A DNA stretch of 63,642 nt, counting the filler, from Basidiobolus ranarum (taxonomy: Eukaryota), in NCBI GenBank assembly GCA_040143965.1. It is 43 parts of 43 records of this genome, joined end to end, with 100 filler letters (N's around TTAATTAATTAA, not from the genome) between each part and the next. Parts side by side here need not be neighbours in the genome. Positions count along the whole stretch, not along the records: positions 62,267 to 63,642 come from JASJQH010012247.1; 42 more parts are not named here. One strand, given 5' to 3'. Both the position numbers and the translations under genes were made by a program. Positions 63,641-63,642 of this stretch are shown here, piece after piece. The notes under the pieces were generated by a model that ran no database searches, was not told the origin of the DNA, and saw only the letters and a list, made by a program, of their open reading frames with translations. Each line of letters opens with the position of its first letter. The stretch's first letter is position 1.

Positions 63641-63642
63641 CA

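Overview
This window is not a contiguous locus. It is 43 size-sorted unplaced contigs (about 1389 bp falling to about 1377 bp), joined by 42 artificial 100-bp linkers (N44-TTAATTAATTAA-N44), so adjacency across linkers means nothing. The DNA is AT-rich and eukaryotic with short GT-AG introns. It is most likely an early-diverging fungus; Basidiobolus-like is my inference from the bacterial-type NRPS thioesterase and the GH18/CBM5-12 chitinases. Most contigs are CpG-depleted, decayed and nested transposons: several Ty1/Copia families (five LTR types), Ty3/Gypsy including a chromovirus, a high-copy CACTA/CMC DNA transposon and an IS5/ISL2EU-Harbinger-type element. Host-gene fragments are catalase, an NRPS thioesterase, a 2H phosphoesterase, a pepsin-like relic, a divergent ubiquitin, and head-to-tail pairs of MDR oxidoreductases, sugar porters and chitinases. 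The most notable observations are: (1) an LTR-like terminus carrying an antisense tRNA-like cloverleaf, in two copies; (2) a CMC transposon with CCCTAACA termini, a spliced transposase and an unknown second ORF; (3) an ISL2EU-like transposase divergently paired with an unknown ORF carrying 38-aa repeats; (4) a Copia family with TG...TA LTR ends and a half-tRNA-iMet primer site.
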